A DNA stretch of 64,000 nucleotides from Minisyncoccota bacterium (GCA_040880505.1 JBBDIH010000212.1:22751-86750); one strand, 5' to 3'; positions 18,962 to 29,901 are shown, counted from the first letter of the stretch. A program made the numbers and translations. The notes: generated by a model not told the origin, from the sequence alone.

Positions 18962-21094
18962 ATGGCAAGAAAATACCCACTTAAAAAAGTTAGAGATATT
19001 GGAATTATTGCTCACATTGACGCTGGTAAAACAACTGTTAGTGAGCGTATTCTTTTTTATACAGGAATTTCTCATAAGATAGGTGAAACTCACGAAGGTG
19101 AGTCTGTGATGGACTGGATGGAACAAGAAAGAGAAAGAGGCATTACAATCACTTCAGCTGCTACAACTTGTTTTTGGACACCATTTCACAAAAGATTTGG
19201 AGTTGAAGATCCAGATAAATTACAAGAATTAAAAGATGAATTTGAACACAGAGTAAATATTATTGATACTCCAGGACATATTGATTTTACAGTAGAAGTA
19301 AAAAGATCATTAAGAGTTCTTGATGGTGCTGTAGTTATTTTTGATGGTGTGGCTGGTGTAGAACCTCAATCAGAAACTAACTGGCATTATGCAGATGAAT
19401 ATAAGGTGCCTAGATTTTGCTTTATTAATAAAATGGATAGAACAGGTGCTAACTTTGAAAAGAGCTATCAATCTATCCTAGAAAGATTAACTGACAAGGC
19501 TGTCCTTATTCAACTACCAATAGGTGCAGAAGCTAGTTTTGAAGGTGTAATAGACCTATTAACAGAAAAAGCCTACTACTTTAAAGGTGACCAAGGGCAA
19601 GACATTGAAGTAAAAGATGTTCCAGAAGAAATGAAGGAGCAAGTAAAAACAAAAAGAGCTGAATTAATAGAAAAAATTGCTGAAACAGATGAAGTATTAG
19701 TAGAAAAGTTTTTAGAAGGTAAAGAAATTACGTTAGAAGAATTAAAAGCAGCATTAAGAAAAGCTACTATTTCTCTTAAAATTATACCTGTACTTTGTGG
19801 TACTGCTTTGAAAAATAAAGGAATTCAATTACTTTTGGATGCTGTTATAGATTATTTACCTTCTCCTATGGATCTTCCTCCAGTTAAAGGTGAAGATCCA
19901 AAAACAGGAGAAGAAATAGAAAGAAAACCAGATGATGATGAGCCTGTATCAGCTTTAGCTTTTAAAATTGCTACAGATCCTTATGTTGGAACATTAACTT
20001 TCTTTAGACTTTATTCAGGTGTATTAAAGAAAGGAAGTTATGTTTATAACGCTACTAAAGAAGCTCAAGAAAGAGTAGGTAGAATGCTTAGAATGCATGC
20101 TAATCACCGTGAAGAAGTAGATGAAATACACGCTGGAGATCTTGGTGCTATTGTAGGATTAAAAAACACATCAACTGGGGATACTCTTACAGATCCAGAT
20201 CATCCAATTATTTTAGAAAACATTACATTCCCAGAACCTGTTATTTCTGTGAGAATTGAACCAAAAACAAAAGCAGACCAAGAAAAGATGGGTGTTGCTC
20301 TTAGAAAACTTCAAGACGAAGATCCAACATTTAGAGTTAGTTCTGATGAAGACACAGGTGAAACAATAATTTCTGGAATGGGAGAACTACATTTAGAAAT
20401 TATTATAGATAGACTTAAGAGAGAATTTAGTGTTGAAGCTAATATGGGAAGACCTCAAGTTGCTTATAAAGAAACTATTAAAGGTAGTGCCAAAGCTGAA
20501 GGTAAATATATTAGACAGTCTGGTGGTAGAGGACAGTATGGTCACGTTAAAATTAAAATAGATACCCTGGATAGAGGAACTGGATTTGAATTTGTTGATG
20601 AAATTAAAGGAGGAAGTATTCCTCAAGAATTTATTCCTGCTGTTGAGAAGGGCATAAAAGAAGCAATGGATAAAGGTATTTTAGCTGGTTATCCTATGAC
20701 CGATATAAAAGTTGCTCTTTATGATGGCTCTTTTCATGAAGTAGACTCTTCAGACGGCGCTTTTAAAATTGCTGGCTCAATGGCTTTTCAAGACGCAGCT
20801 AAAAGAGCTGGACTTTGTTTAATTGAACCTGTCATGAAGGTTGCTGTAGTAACACCAGATGAATTTCTTGGTGATGTAACTGGAGACGTTAATTCTAAGA
20901 GAGGAAAAATAAATAAAATGGAAGATAGAGATAAAATCAGGTTAATTGAAGCTATGGTTCCTCTTTCTGAAATGTTTGGTTACTCAACCATATTAAGATC
21001 AATGACTCAAGGTAGAGGCTCTTTCTCTATGGAGTTTGATCACTACGACGTTATTCCTCAAAATGTTGCAGAAGAATTAGTCGGAAATAATTAA
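18962..21094 (+). CDS. fusA: elongation factor G
   Basis: The G domain has [14 protein letters not shown] and NKMD motifs, followed by EF-G domains II to V. Confidence 0.95.
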   Translation: MARKYPLKKVRDIGIIAHIDAGKTTVSERILFYTGISHKIGETHEGESVMDWMEQERERGITITSAATTCFWTPFHKRFGVEDPDKLQELKDEFEHRVNIIDTPGHIDFTVEVKRSLRVLDGAVVIFDGVAGVEPQSETNWHYADEYKVPRFCFINKMDRTGANFEKSYQSILERLTDKAVLIQLPIGAEASFEGVIDLLTEKAYYFKGDQGQDIEVKDVPEEMKEQVKTKRAELIEKIAETDEVLVEKFLEGKEITLEELKAALRKATISLKIIPVLCGTALKNKGIQLLLDAVIDYLPSPMDLPPVKGEDPKTGEEIERKPDDDEPVSALAFKIATDPYVGTLTFFRLYSGVLKKGSYVYNATKEAQERVGRMLRMHANHREEVDEIHAGDLGAIVGLKNTSTGDTLTDPDHPIILENITFPEPVISVRIEPKTKADQEKMGVALRKLQDEDPTFRVSSDEDTGETIISGMGELHLEIIIDRLKREFSVEANMGRPQVAYKETIKGSAKAEGKYIRQSGGRGQYGHVKIKIDTLDRGTGFEFVDEIKGGSIPQEFIPAVEKGIKEAMDKGILAGYPMTDIKVALYDGSFHEVDSSDGAFKIAGSMAFQDAAKRAGLCLIEPVMKVAVVTPDEFLGDVTGDVNSKRGKINKMEDRDKIRLIEAMVPLSEMFGYSTILRSMTQGRGSFSMEFDHYDVIPQNVAEELVGNN

Positions 21095-21106
21095 AAACAA
21101 AATAAA

Positions 21107-21571
21107 ATGAATAAAAAAGGATTAATAGTAGCATTAATTATTGTTATTGTTATTGTTATTGCTATTGGAGCTATATTATTTTTTAACCCTTCAGAAAATG
21201 AAGTAATTAATGAAGAAGAAATAATAGTAAATGAAAATGAAGAAAGTTTTGTAATAGAAGACAGTGTAGTAACTTACACTGATTCTGGTTTTTCACCAAA
21301 TGAAATAACCATAGAAGAAGGTGGTGTAGTTACTTTTGTAAATGAAAGCTCAAAGGATATGTGGGTTGCTTCTGATTTGCATCCAACTCATGAGAACTAC
21401 AGTGGAACATCCCTGCAGGAGCATTGTAGTGATGAAGGAGTAACATCTTTTGATGCTTGTGGAAGATTTTCTACAGGTGATAGTTGGTCATTTACTTTTG
21501 GTCAACCAGGAGAATGGAGTTATCATAATCATTCGTCTGCATCTGACACAGGAGTTGTTATTGTAGAGTAA
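21107..21571 (+). CDS. hypothetical small exported protein (possible cupredoxin-like beta-sandwich)
   Basis: It has an N-terminal TM or signal. VTYTDSGFSPNEITIEEGGVVTFVNESSKDMWV resembles a cupredoxin strand pattern. His and Cys residues sit near the C-terminus. Confidence 0.35.
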   Translation: MNKKGLIVALIIVIVIVIAIGAILFFNPSENEVINEEEIIVNENEESFVIEDSVVTYTDSGFSPNEITIEEGGVVTFVNESSKDMWVASDLHPTHENYSGTSLQEHCSDEGVTSFDACGRFSTGDSWSFTFGQPGEWSYHNHSSASDTGVVIVE

Positions 21572-21592
21572 ATTGGGTTATTGTAATAAGTA

Positions 21593-23299
21593 ATGCCAAG
21601 TGATGTAGAAAGAATAAAAGATAAGATTGATGTAGTTGATCTTATAAAATCTTACGTAAATTTAAATCCAGCTGGAAAGAATTTTAAAGGTCTTTGTCCC
21701 TTTCACCAAGAGAAGACACCATCTTTTATGGTTTCTCCCGAACGCCAGATATGGCATTGTTTCGGATGTGGAGAGGGAGGAGACCTTATTAAATTTGTAA
21801 TGAAATATGAAAATTTGGATTTTCCAGAGGCTTTAAGATTTTTAGCAGATAAAGCTGGAATAGAAATAAAGACTTTTAGCAAGGGTGAGCAAAAAATATT
21901 TGATACTTTATATGAGATTAATGAAAAATCAAAACATTTTTTTGTAGAAAAATTAAGCAAAAATAAAGAAGCCCTAAAATATTTAGAAGACAGGGGCTTA
22001 TCCAAAGAAACAATAGAAGAATTTGAGTTAGGCTATGCTCCAGGAGGAGAAGAGCTAACAAAACATTTATTACAATTAGGCTACAAAATAGATGAAATAG
22101 AAAAAGCAGGTGTATCAACAAAAAGAAGTTCAGGCCTGTACAAGGACAGATTCATAAAAAGAATAATATTTCCTATAGTAAGCGAAATTGATAGAACAGT
22201 AGCTTTTACCGGTAGAGTTTTTACTAAAGATGAAGTTTATGAAAATATTCCAAAATATCTTAACAGTCCAGCTAGTCCCATATATAAAAAATCAAAGATT
22301 TTATATGGCTTTAACAAAACAAAGATTCATATAAAAAAGAAAAAGGCTGCCTTGGTAGTTGAAGGTAATATGGATTTATTAATGTCTTATCAGTACGGAA
22401 TTAAGAACATTGTTGCTGTTTCGGGAACAGCTCTTACTAAACAACACTTAGAAAAATTAAGAAGAATAACAGATACAGTTATACTTACTTTTGATAATGA
22501 TCAAGGAGGTCTGAGAGCATTAGAAAAATCATTAGATATATTTAGTAAACTAGATTTTCACACAAAAGCTGTAAATTTAGGAAAATATAAAGATCCAGCC
22601 GAAGCTCTTATAGATGATTCTAGTTTTTTTAAGAAATCACTTAAAGAAGCAAAACCAGCATTTGAGCGTTTAATTAATTTTTATTTTTCGAATAAAAAAC
22701 CATTAAGCATAAATAGAAAAAAGAAGATAGTAAGACATGTATTAAGTAAAATAGAAAAAATAGACAGCAAAATAGAGCAAGATATTTGGCTATCTAAATT
22801 ATCAGAGAAATCAGGAGTATCAGAAACATCTTTAAGAGGAGAAATGACTAATAAAAATGAAAAATCAACTAAAAAGGTCAATTTAAATGAGAAAATTGAT
22901 AAAACAAATAACAAGAGTAGGTATGAATTAGTTTCAGAAAGATTAATAACACTAGCCTTTACCAAAGAGAAGTTTTTAACTATATTAAAAGAAAATCAAA
23001 ACATTTTTCCTGAAAAGTATAGGAAAGTAATAGATAACCCCAAAAATGAACTAGCGGGGTTAATAGATTTAAAGTCTAGTTTTATTTCTGAGAATGTTTC
23101 TGACAAAGATTTAGAGGATGAATTTACTGAATTAATAAAATCAATCAAGATAGAATTTTTGATGAATAGGAGTAATGAATTAAAAAAATTAAAAGAAAAG
23201 GCTTCTACAGAAAAAGAAAAAGAAGAGCTAGTCGCTAGATTAGATAAAATTTATAAAACCATAAATTCTTTAAAAAACGAAGATAAAAAAACTTATTAA
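21593..23299 (+). CDS. dnaG: DNA primase
   Basis: The zinc ribbon [11 protein letters not shown]...HCFGCG is followed by a TOPRIM domain (EGNMDLL, DNDQGG). Confidence 0.9.
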   Translation: MPSDVERIKDKIDVVDLIKSYVNLNPAGKNFKGLCPFHQEKTPSFMVSPERQIWHCFGCGEGGDLIKFVMKYENLDFPEALRFLADKAGIEIKTFSKGEQKIFDTLYEINEKSKHFFVEKLSKNKEALKYLEDRGLSKETIEEFELGYAPGGEELTKHLLQLGYKIDEIEKAGVSTKRSSGLYKDRFIKRIIFPIVSEIDRTVAFTGRVFTKDEVYENIPKYLNSPASPIYKKSKILYGFNKTKIHIKKKKAALVVEGNMDLLMSYQYGIKNIVAVSGTALTKQHLEKLRRITDTVILTFDNDQGGLRALEKSLDIFSKLDFHTKAVNLGKYKDPAEALIDDSSFFKKSLKEAKPAFERLINFYFSNKKPLSINRKKKIVRHVLSKIEKIDSKIEQDIWLSKLSEKSGVSETSLRGEMTNKNEKSTKKVNLNEKIDKTNNKSRYELVSERLITLAFTKEKFLTILKENQNIFPEKYRKVIDNPKNELAGLIDLKSSFISENVSDKDLEDEFTELIKSIKIEFLMNRSNELKKLKEKASTEKEKEELVARLDKIYKTINSLKNEDKKTY

Positions 23300-23307
23300 A
23301 AAATAAA

Positions 23308-24567
23308 ATGCCAAAAAAGAAAACAACAAAAAGAAGAAAAAGATGTCCTAAGTGTGGAAAACTTTATTATAAATTAGGACCTCATATGGCTGTTCATAAG
23401 AAAAAAACTAAACCAAAGAAAAAGAAAAAGGAATCTTCAAAAACAAAAGTAACTAAAAAGAAAGCAAAGAAAAAAACTAAGAAAGAAATAAAACAAGAAG
23501 AAAAAGAACAGGCTTTGAAGAGTCTTATAGAAAGAGGTGCTAGTAGAGGATTTGTTACTGACTCAGAAGTATTAAACTACTTTCCTAAAATAGAGGAACA
23601 TATAGAGTTCATAGAAGAAGTTTATGACAAGCTAGCCGACGAAGGTATTAAGGTTAATCAGTCTGCTCCTTTAATGACTTCAGATTCAGATGATATAAGC
23701 ATTACAGAACTTAAAAAAGCCAGCAAAGTAAAACGTGGCTTACCTGATGTTGTTCAGATGTACTTGAAAGAAATTGGAAGAACACCTCTTCTTACAAAAA
23801 AAGAAGAAAGAGAATTAGCTAAAAGAATTGAACAAAACGATGAAGACGCTAGAAAGAACCTTGTTCAAGCAAACTTAAGACTTGTTGTTTCTCTGGCTAA
23901 ACGTTATGTAAACAGGAGTCCACATTTAAGTATTTTAGACTTAATTCAAGAAGGTAATATTGGTTTAGCAAAGGCAGTAGAAAAATTTGATTACACAAAA
24001 GGATTTAAGTTTTCAACTTATGCTACTTGGTGGATAAGACAGGCAATAACCAGAGCTTTAGCTGACTACTCAAGAACTATTAGAATTCCTGTTCATATGG
24101 TTGAAACAATTACTAAACATTCTCAAGTAAGAAGACAGCTTATGCAGGAACTAGGAAGAGAACCTCTACCAGAAGAAATAGCTACAGAAATGAGTATTCC
24201 TGTAGAAAAAGTTAGATATGTTCAAAAGATATCCCAAGAAGTTATTTCTTTAGAGCTTCCTATAGGAGATGATGAAGAAGACTCAACTCTTTCTGATTTA
24301 ATAAAAGATGAACAAAGTTTATCTCCTGATCAAAGAGCTAGCCAAGCATTATTAAAAGAACAAATTAGTGATATTCTTGTAGATCTTACTGATAGAGAAC
24401 AAAAGATTCTTTCAATGAGATTTGGTTTAGAAGATAACATTACACATACCCTAGAAGAAGTTGGTAAAGTTTTTGGTGTTACTCGTGAAAGAATTAGACA
24501 GATTGAAGCAAAAGCTTTAGAAAAGATAAGAGAACACGACAAAGCAAAAGAACTAGAAGGATCTTAG
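23308..24567 (+). CDS. rpoD: RNA polymerase sigma factor RpoD-like (primary sigma-70) with a Lys-rich, Cys/His-containing N-terminus
   Basis: Regions 2 to 4 are conserved ([52 protein letters not shown]). The N-terminus carries [18 protein letters not shown]. Confidence 0.9.
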   Translation: MPKKKTTKRRKRCPKCGKLYYKLGPHMAVHKKKTKPKKKKKESSKTKVTKKKAKKKTKKEIKQEEKEQALKSLIERGASRGFVTDSEVLNYFPKIEEHIEFIEEVYDKLADEGIKVNQSAPLMTSDSDDISITELKKASKVKRGLPDVVQMYLKEIGRTPLLTKKEERELAKRIEQNDEDARKNLVQANLRLVVSLAKRYVNRSPHLSILDLIQEGNIGLAKAVEKFDYTKGFKFSTYATWWIRQAITRALADYSRTIRIPVHMVETITKHSQVRRQLMQELGREPLPEEIATEMSIPVEKVRYVQKISQEVISLELPIGDDEEDSTLSDLIKDEQSLSPDQRASQALLKEQISDILVDLTDREQKILSMRFGLEDNITHTLEEVGKVFGVTRERIRQIEAKALEKIREHDKAKELEGS

Positions 24568-24569
24568 AA

Positions 24570-24592
24570 AAAGTTATCCCCAGAAATTTATA
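24570..24592. repeat. half-copy (left arm only) of the palindromic repeat, abutting the alaS start codon
   Basis: The sequence is AAAGTTATCCCCAGAAATTTATA. Confidence 0.7.
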
Positions 24593-24595
24593 ACT

Positions 24596-26416
24596 ATGAA
24601 AAGTAATGAAATAAGAGAAAAGTTTTTAAAATATTTTGAAGACAAAGGTCACGCAGTAATCCCTTCTGCCTCTCTTGTTCCAGAAGGAGACGCATCAACC
24701 CTGTTTACTACCGCTGGAATGCAGCCCTTAGTGCCTTATCTACTAGGAGAAACGCATCCAAAGGGTAATAGACTAGTTAATACCCAGAAGTGCCTAAGAA
24801 CGGGTGATATAGACGAGGTAGGTGATAATACTCATCTTACCTTTTTTGAGATGCTTGGTAACTGGTCTTTAGGTGATTACTGGAAAGAAGAGGCAATAGA
24901 GTGGAGCTATGATTTTTTAATAAATGAAGAAGAAGGATTAGGATTAGATTTAGAGAGGATTTATGTAACTGTTTTTGGAGGAGAAGGAAGTATTCCAAAA
25001 GATGATGAATCAAAAGCTATTTGGATTAAAAATGGAGTCCCAGAAGAAAGAATATTTTATAGAGGATCTAAAGATAATTTTTGGAGTCCAGGAGATAATG
25101 GACCTTGTGGTCCAAGTACGGAAATATTTTATGACCTAACAGGTAATTTAAGTATTAATTCTCCAGAAGAATTTGAAAAAGCAGATAAAGATCAAAAGGT
25201 AGTTGAAATTTGGAATAACGTGTTTATGGAATACAACAAAAAAGATGGAGAAGTAATTGGAGAATTGAAACAAAAAAATGTTGATACTGGGATGGGACTA
25301 GAAAGGATTACGGCTGTTAAGCAGAAAACTACTGATCCTTATAAAACAGATTTATTTACTTCTATATTTTCTGTTATTGATAAATATAATGATTCAATTA
25401 AAGAGTCTTCTAAAAGAATAATTGCTGATCACATGAGAGCAGTTTGTTTTGCTATTAGTGATGGAGTTAATCCCAGCAATACAGATAAAGGATATGTTGT
25501 TCGTAGATTAATAAGACGCTTAGCCTTTAAGCTTTATCAGAATAAAATAAAAGATATTAAATGGATAAAAGATATAGTTTTTGTTGTGGTAAAAAATTAC
25601 AAAGGCTTTTTCTCAGAATTAGGAGACTCAGAAAAAATAATAAAAACTATAAAAGAAGAAGTACATAGTTTTTATTCAACATTAGAAAATGGCTTGAAGG
25701 TTTTTAATAAACTGAAAGCATCAAAAGTAGAGCCAGGGAAAAAAATAAATATATCTAAACAAATTGATGTAATTACTGCAGAAGACGCATTCTTACTTTT
25801 TTCTACACATGGATTTCCTGTTGAGTTAACAAAAGAAATTACAAAAGAAAAAGAAATGAAATTAGAGAATGATTTCGATAATAAATTTAATAACCTATAT
25901 GAAGAGCATCAAGAAAGATCAAAATCAGCTACAGCGGGTAAATTTAAAGGAGGATTAGCTGATCATGGTGAGGAAACTGTAAGACTTCATACCGTACACC
26001 ACTTGTTATTAGCTGCACTTCAAGAAGTTCTTGGTCCAGAGGTTAAACAAAGAGGCAGTAATATTACTCCAGAAAGATTAAGAATAGATTTTTCATTTGA
26101 TAGAAAACTAACAGACGAAGAAAAATCTAAGGTTGAAGAGCTTGTTAATGAATGGATTAAAAAAGATATGAAGGTTATTAGAAAAGAAATGAGCAAAGAA
26201 GAAGCTGAAAAAATTGGAGCAGAGATGGAGTTTGGAGCAAAATATCCGGACATGGTTTCAGTTTATTTCATAGAAGATGAAGATGGTAAAGTAGTATCAA
26301 AAGAATTTTGTGGTGGACCTCATGTTAAAAAGACTAGTGAAATAGGAAGTTTTAAATTAAAAAAAGAACAATCCTCATCAAAGGGTATTAGAAGAATAAA
26401 GGGAGTCATAAAATAA
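24596..26416 (+). CDS. alaS: alanine--tRNA ligase, truncated architecture (catalytic plus editing domains, no C-Ala domain)
   Basis: It has TTAGMQPLVPY and FEMLGNWSLGDYWK. The editing-domain motifs are HTVHHLL and CGGPHV. It ends at 606 aa. Confidence 0.85.
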   Translation: MKSNEIREKFLKYFEDKGHAVIPSASLVPEGDASTLFTTAGMQPLVPYLLGETHPKGNRLVNTQKCLRTGDIDEVGDNTHLTFFEMLGNWSLGDYWKEEAIEWSYDFLINEEEGLGLDLERIYVTVFGGEGSIPKDDESKAIWIKNGVPEERIFYRGSKDNFWSPGDNGPCGPSTEIFYDLTGNLSINSPEEFEKADKDQKVVEIWNNVFMEYNKKDGEVIGELKQKNVDTGMGLERITAVKQKTTDPYKTDLFTSIFSVIDKYNDSIKESSKRIIADHMRAVCFAISDGVNPSNTDKGYVVRRLIRRLAFKLYQNKIKDIKWIKDIVFVVVKNYKGFFSELGDSEKIIKTIKEEVHSFYSTLENGLKVFNKLKASKVEPGKKINISKQIDVITAEDAFLLFSTHGFPVELTKEITKEKEMKLENDFDNKFNNLYEEHQERSKSATAGKFKGGLADHGEETVRLHTVHHLLLAALQEVLGPEVKQRGSNITPERLRIDFSFDRKLTDEEKSKVEELVNEWIKKDMKVIRKEMSKEEAEKIGAEMEFGAKYPDMVSVYFIEDEDGKVVSKEFCGGPHVKKTSEIGSFKLKKEQSSSKGIRRIKGVIK

Positions 26417-26421
26417 AAAAA

Positions 26422-26448
26422 GGCGGTTTAGATATCATCTAAACCGCC
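26422..26448 (-). terminator. perfect hairpin GGCGGTTTAGAT-ATC-ATCTAAACCGCC whose U-tract lies on the minus-strand side
   Basis: It has 12-bp arms. The A-run at 26411..26421 reads as a T-run on the minus strand. Confidence 0.4.
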
Positions 26449-26667
26449 ATGAGTAGAAAGGAGTACCGACATAAATCGGTATTCACGGAGTCAGGAAAAA
26501 TTGTTTATTTTCTATAAATAGTTTTATCATTTACTCTTAATAAAGTCAAGGTTTTTATTTCTTGTTGACAATTCTTCTCTAATAGCATAGATTTAGTTAT
26601 TGCAGATATAGTGGGGAGTGGTCGAGTCTACATATATTTAGTAATAAAAAAATTAAAATTTTATTTA

Positions 26668-26865
26668 ATGCAAGGAAAAATTAAAAAACTTAGCCAAAAC
26701 GGTTTCGGCTTTATCGAAAGAGAAGGCGAAGAAAAAGATTTATTCTTTCACGCAAACAATCTTGAAGGCGTTGATTTTGACAGCCTAAGAGAAGGTGAAG
26801 AAGTATCTTTTGAAGTTGAAGACTCTGAAAAGGGTCCTAGAGCTATAAACATAGCTAAAGCGTAA
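26668..26865 (+). CDS. cold-shock protein (CspA family)
   Basis: MQGKIKKLSQNGFGFIEREGEEKDLFFH carries the RNP1-like GFGFI motif. The start was set at the ATG at 26668 to give a 65-aa product. Confidence 0.85.
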   Translation: MQGKIKKLSQNGFGFIEREGEEKDLFFHANNLEGVDFDSLREGEEVSFEVEDSEKGPRAINIAKA

Positions 26866-26886
26866 GTAACCCTTACACTAAAGCTT

Positions 26887-26920
26887 AAAACCACCGATCT
26901 TACTGATCGGTGGTTTTTAT
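26887..26920 (+). terminator. intrinsic terminator AAAACCACCGATC-TTACT-GATCGGTGGTTTTT
   Basis: It has a 10-bp perfect stem plus a T-run, 22 nt after the csp stop. Confidence 0.8.
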
Positions 26921-26949
26921 TAATAGAAGCAATGATATAATACTTATGA

Positions 26950-28059
26950 GTGATGAAAAAAATAGAGAAATATATAGTATTTGAAGAATCAGAAACTTTT
27001 TTAAGAAAAGTAGATTTTAATATTAATAATAAAGATTTTATTTTAGAGGTTATAAATTCCCAAAAAATAAAAAGCATAGAAGAATTAAATAAACAAAACA
27101 TAAAAGCAGACAAGATTATTCTAGCTTTAAAAGGGGATAAAGCGACTACAGTAGAAGGATCATTTAAAATAGAAAGATCAACACCTGATTCTCCGATAAC
27201 AGAAAGTGAATTAGATAACTTAGTTTTTAAAGGACTTTGGGAATTTTTAAATAAATATAGAACTTGGGCTTCAAATAAAATGGGAATATCAGATTTAGAT
27301 ATGACTTTATATGGTATAGAAGTAGCAGATATTTTAATTGATTCCCATAATGTAATTGATCCAGTTGGCATAAAGGGTAAAAATTTTTATATAAAAATAA
27401 AAGGAACATTTATACCTAGAGATGTTTTATCTTATGTTTCTGAGTTTAATTTTTTTGGCAAAACTTTAGAAGTAATAGAAAAAAACAGCACAACATCGTC
27501 TTTATTATCTGATAGAGAAGGCTTCGTCTTAAATTGCGGAACAGAAAAAACAGAGTTGTTTAGTATAAAGAATAATAATGTTTCTTTTAAAAAATCTTTT
27601 GACTGGGGTTTAGATTTGTTAATTAATGAAGTAAGCAAGTTACTAAAAACAAATAAGCAAGACTCTAAATCTATATTAAATAGGTACTTTAATAAAAGAG
27701 TTTCTAGCAAACTTAAAAGAAGAATAGATAAGTCTATAAAACCCCATTTTAAAAAAATAAACGATATTATAAAATCAATTTCTTTAAGTAAAAAAGAAAA
27801 AATATACATTAATATACAAAAAAATATATTTGAAAATAATCTTAAAAAGAAAAAATCATTAAATCATATAAACTTTAAAGAAATACTAGAATTAAAAGAA
27901 TTAAATGTTATTATTAATCTAAAGGAAGAGGATGAAATTAACCTAAATAGTGACTACCTAGCTTTAGTTGGTTGTTATATATTTTATTCTCCTCATTATG
28001 ATAATTTGAATAAAATTTTAAATAGAAGATCTAAATGGTTAGTACCAAATAAAAAATGA
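26950..28059 (+). CDS. hypothetical protein (possibly a divergent actin-like/FtsA-PilM-like fold)
   Basis: No canonical N-terminal phosphate-1 motif is present. The central segment VLNCGTEKTELFSIKNNNVSFKKSFDWGLDLLINEVSKLL loosely parallels the FtsA/PilM core pattern (DIGxxxT...GG...). Confidence 0.35.
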   Translation: MMKKIEKYIVFEESETFLRKVDFNINNKDFILEVINSQKIKSIEELNKQNIKADKIILALKGDKATTVEGSFKIERSTPDSPITESELDNLVFKGLWEFLNKYRTWASNKMGISDLDMTLYGIEVADILIDSHNVIDPVGIKGKNFYIKIKGTFIPRDVLSYVSEFNFFGKTLEVIEKNSTTSSLLSDREGFVLNCGTEKTELFSIKNNNVSFKKSFDWGLDLLINEVSKLLKTNKQDSKSILNRYFNKRVSSKLKRRIDKSIKPHFKKINDIIKSISLSKKEKIYINIQKNIFENNLKKKKSLNHINFKEILELKELNVIINLKEEDEINLNSDYLALVGCYIFYSPHYDNLNKILNRRSKWLVPNKK

Positions 28060-29642
28060 GCAAAATAAACAAAATATTTCTAGATCCAGAACAGGACGTA
28101 GATAGTATTTTAGAAGAAATAGAGAACTCTAGTGCTTCTACAATAATTTTAAACATACCTGATGATTCTATTTTAAAAGATGATCCAGATAACTTTCACT
28201 CTATTAAAGAAGTAGCTGATGAATTTGGAAAAGACGTGGCAATTGAATCAACAGATAAATCAATAGAAGAGATGGCTGAAGCAGCAAAAATAGAATCAGT
28301 AAACCCAATATTTGGAAAAAAAGAAAAATTTGTCTCTGATATAATTCCTAGAGGACGCTCCAAGGAAGAGGATGAAAAGAAAGATAAAGCTTATGCAGAT
28401 TTCTTCAATCACACTCCAAAAAGAAAACAAAATAAAAAAAATAAAGAAAAAAAGAAAAGAAACTTTAAATTATCCTTACCATCACCTAATAATAAGATTT
28501 TACTAGTTTCAGGAATTGTAATTTTGTTTTTAGGATTTATTACGGTAACAAAAATACTTCCTCAAGCAACAGTTTCAGTTTCTTTAGCTGAAACAGCAAT
28601 AAATTTAAATAATCAAATTAATATATCAACTGAAGTTAGCCAGTCAGAACTGAATAATAATGGCAATTTTACTTTTCCGGGAGAAATTATTAAATCCTCT
28701 AAAAATATAGAAATGTATTTTTCAGCTAGTGGAGAAGATGAAGTAGAAAGATATGCTACTGGAGAGATTTATATTTACAATGAATTCAGCTCATCTCCTC
28801 AGGTTCTTGTAGCTACTACAAGATTTGAGACTCCAGACGGAAAAATATATAGAATAAATGAGGCTGTTACAATTCCAGGAGCTGATGTTGAAAACGGAGT
28901 TATTACTCCATCAAGAATAAAAGTTTCGGTAACGGCTGATGAGTCAGGTGATGATTATAATCTTTCACCTGAAAGTGATCATATCTGGACCATTCCGGGG
29001 TTTAGAGAGTCAGGATTAATGGAAAGATATGAAGGATTTTATGCTATTCCAGATGGAGATATGATAGGGGGCTTTATAGGAAAAACTAATCTTCCAACAG
29101 AAGAAGACATAAACACAGCTAAAACAGAAGTAAGACAAGCTTTACTAGACTCTTTAAAAAATGAGATATTAATTATAGACTCTCCAGGATTTAAATTATT
29201 AGAAGAAGCTATAGAATTTGAAATTATAGAAGAACAAGTAAATGAAACAGTTAATCAAGATGGAATGTTTACAGTTTTTACTCAGGGAGAGCTAACTGTT
29301 TTTGTTTTTGAAGAAGATAAACTAAAACAAAGTTTAGTCACATCACTTGATCCAAGTATAGACTTTGATTTTTCCATAAATGAGGATAATATCGAATATA
29401 GTAATATCTCTGTAAATGAAGAAGAAGGTATTATGACTTTTGATATGACGGGTAGCTTGATGGTAGAACCAGTATTAGATGAAAATTCTTTTAAAGCTCA
29501 AATATTAGGAAAGCAAGAGATAGAAATAAGGTCAGTAATGTTTTCTATACCAAAATTAGAAAAAGCAGACGTAAGTCTTTGGCCTTTCTGGGTTAAGTCT
29601 ATACCAGATAGAGAAAACAAGGTTGACATAGTTTTCCAGTAA
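28056..29642 (+). CDS. hypothetical bitopic membrane protein (acidic cytoplasmic N-domain, basic linker, one TM, large extracytoplasmic domain)
   Basis: The TM helix is ILLVSGIVILFLGFITVT, around aa 150. It is translationally coupled to the upstream ORF. Confidence 0.4.
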   Translation: MSKINKIFLDPEQDVDSILEEIENSSASTIILNIPDDSILKDDPDNFHSIKEVADEFGKDVAIESTDKSIEEMAEAAKIESVNPIFGKKEKFVSDIIPRGRSKEEDEKKDKAYADFFNHTPKRKQNKKNKEKKKRNFKLSLPSPNNKILLVSGIVILFLGFITVTKILPQATVSVSLAETAINLNNQINISTEVSQSELNNNGNFTFPGEIIKSSKNIEMYFSASGEDEVERYATGEIYIYNEFSSSPQVLVATTRFETPDGKIYRINEAVTIPGADVENGVITPSRIKVSVTADESGDDYNLSPESDHIWTIPGFRESGLMERYEGFYAIPDGDMIGGFIGKTNLPTEEDINTAKTEVRQALLDSLKNEILIIDSPGFKLLEEAIEFEIIEEQVNETVNQDGMFTVFTQGELTVFVFEEDKLKQSLVTSLDPSIDFDFSINEDNIEYSNISVNEEEGIMTFDMTGSLMVEPVLDENSFKAQILGKQEIEIRSVMFSIPKLEKADVSLWPFWVKSIPDRENKVDIVFQ

Positions 29643-29667
29643 ATATACAATGTTTGAACTGTAATTA

Positions 29668-29895
29668 ATGGCAGATAATAAAGTAATAAAACTCCAAGGG
29701 ACCGTGGAGGAGGCTTTACCAAGTCTCCTTTTCAGGGTTAGTGTAAAAATGCCTGACGACTCAGAAAGAGAGGTCTTGGCTCATTTAGCAGGCAAGATGA
29801 AAATGTATAGAATTAGAGTTGTTCCAGGAGATACAGTTACTGTAGAGATGCCAAACGAAAACAGCGAAAGAGGAAGAATTATAAGAAGATTATAA
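29668..29895 (+). CDS. infA: translation initiation factor IF-1
   Basis: It has an S1-like fold. LQGTVEEALPSLLFRV... is typical IF-1. Confidence 0.9.
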   Translation: MADNKVIKLQGTVEEALPSLLFRVSVKMPDDSEREVLAHLAGKMKMYRIRVVPGDTVTVEMPNENSERGRIIRRL

Positions 29896-29901
29896 AAAAT
29901 T

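Noticed and set aside
26748-27371. 207-aa minus-strand ORF spanning csp, its terminator, and the start of the hypothetical gene
   Set aside because: It runs antisense across a clear intrinsic terminator and a cold-shock gene. The Ser/Leu-rich low-complexity sequence is spurious.
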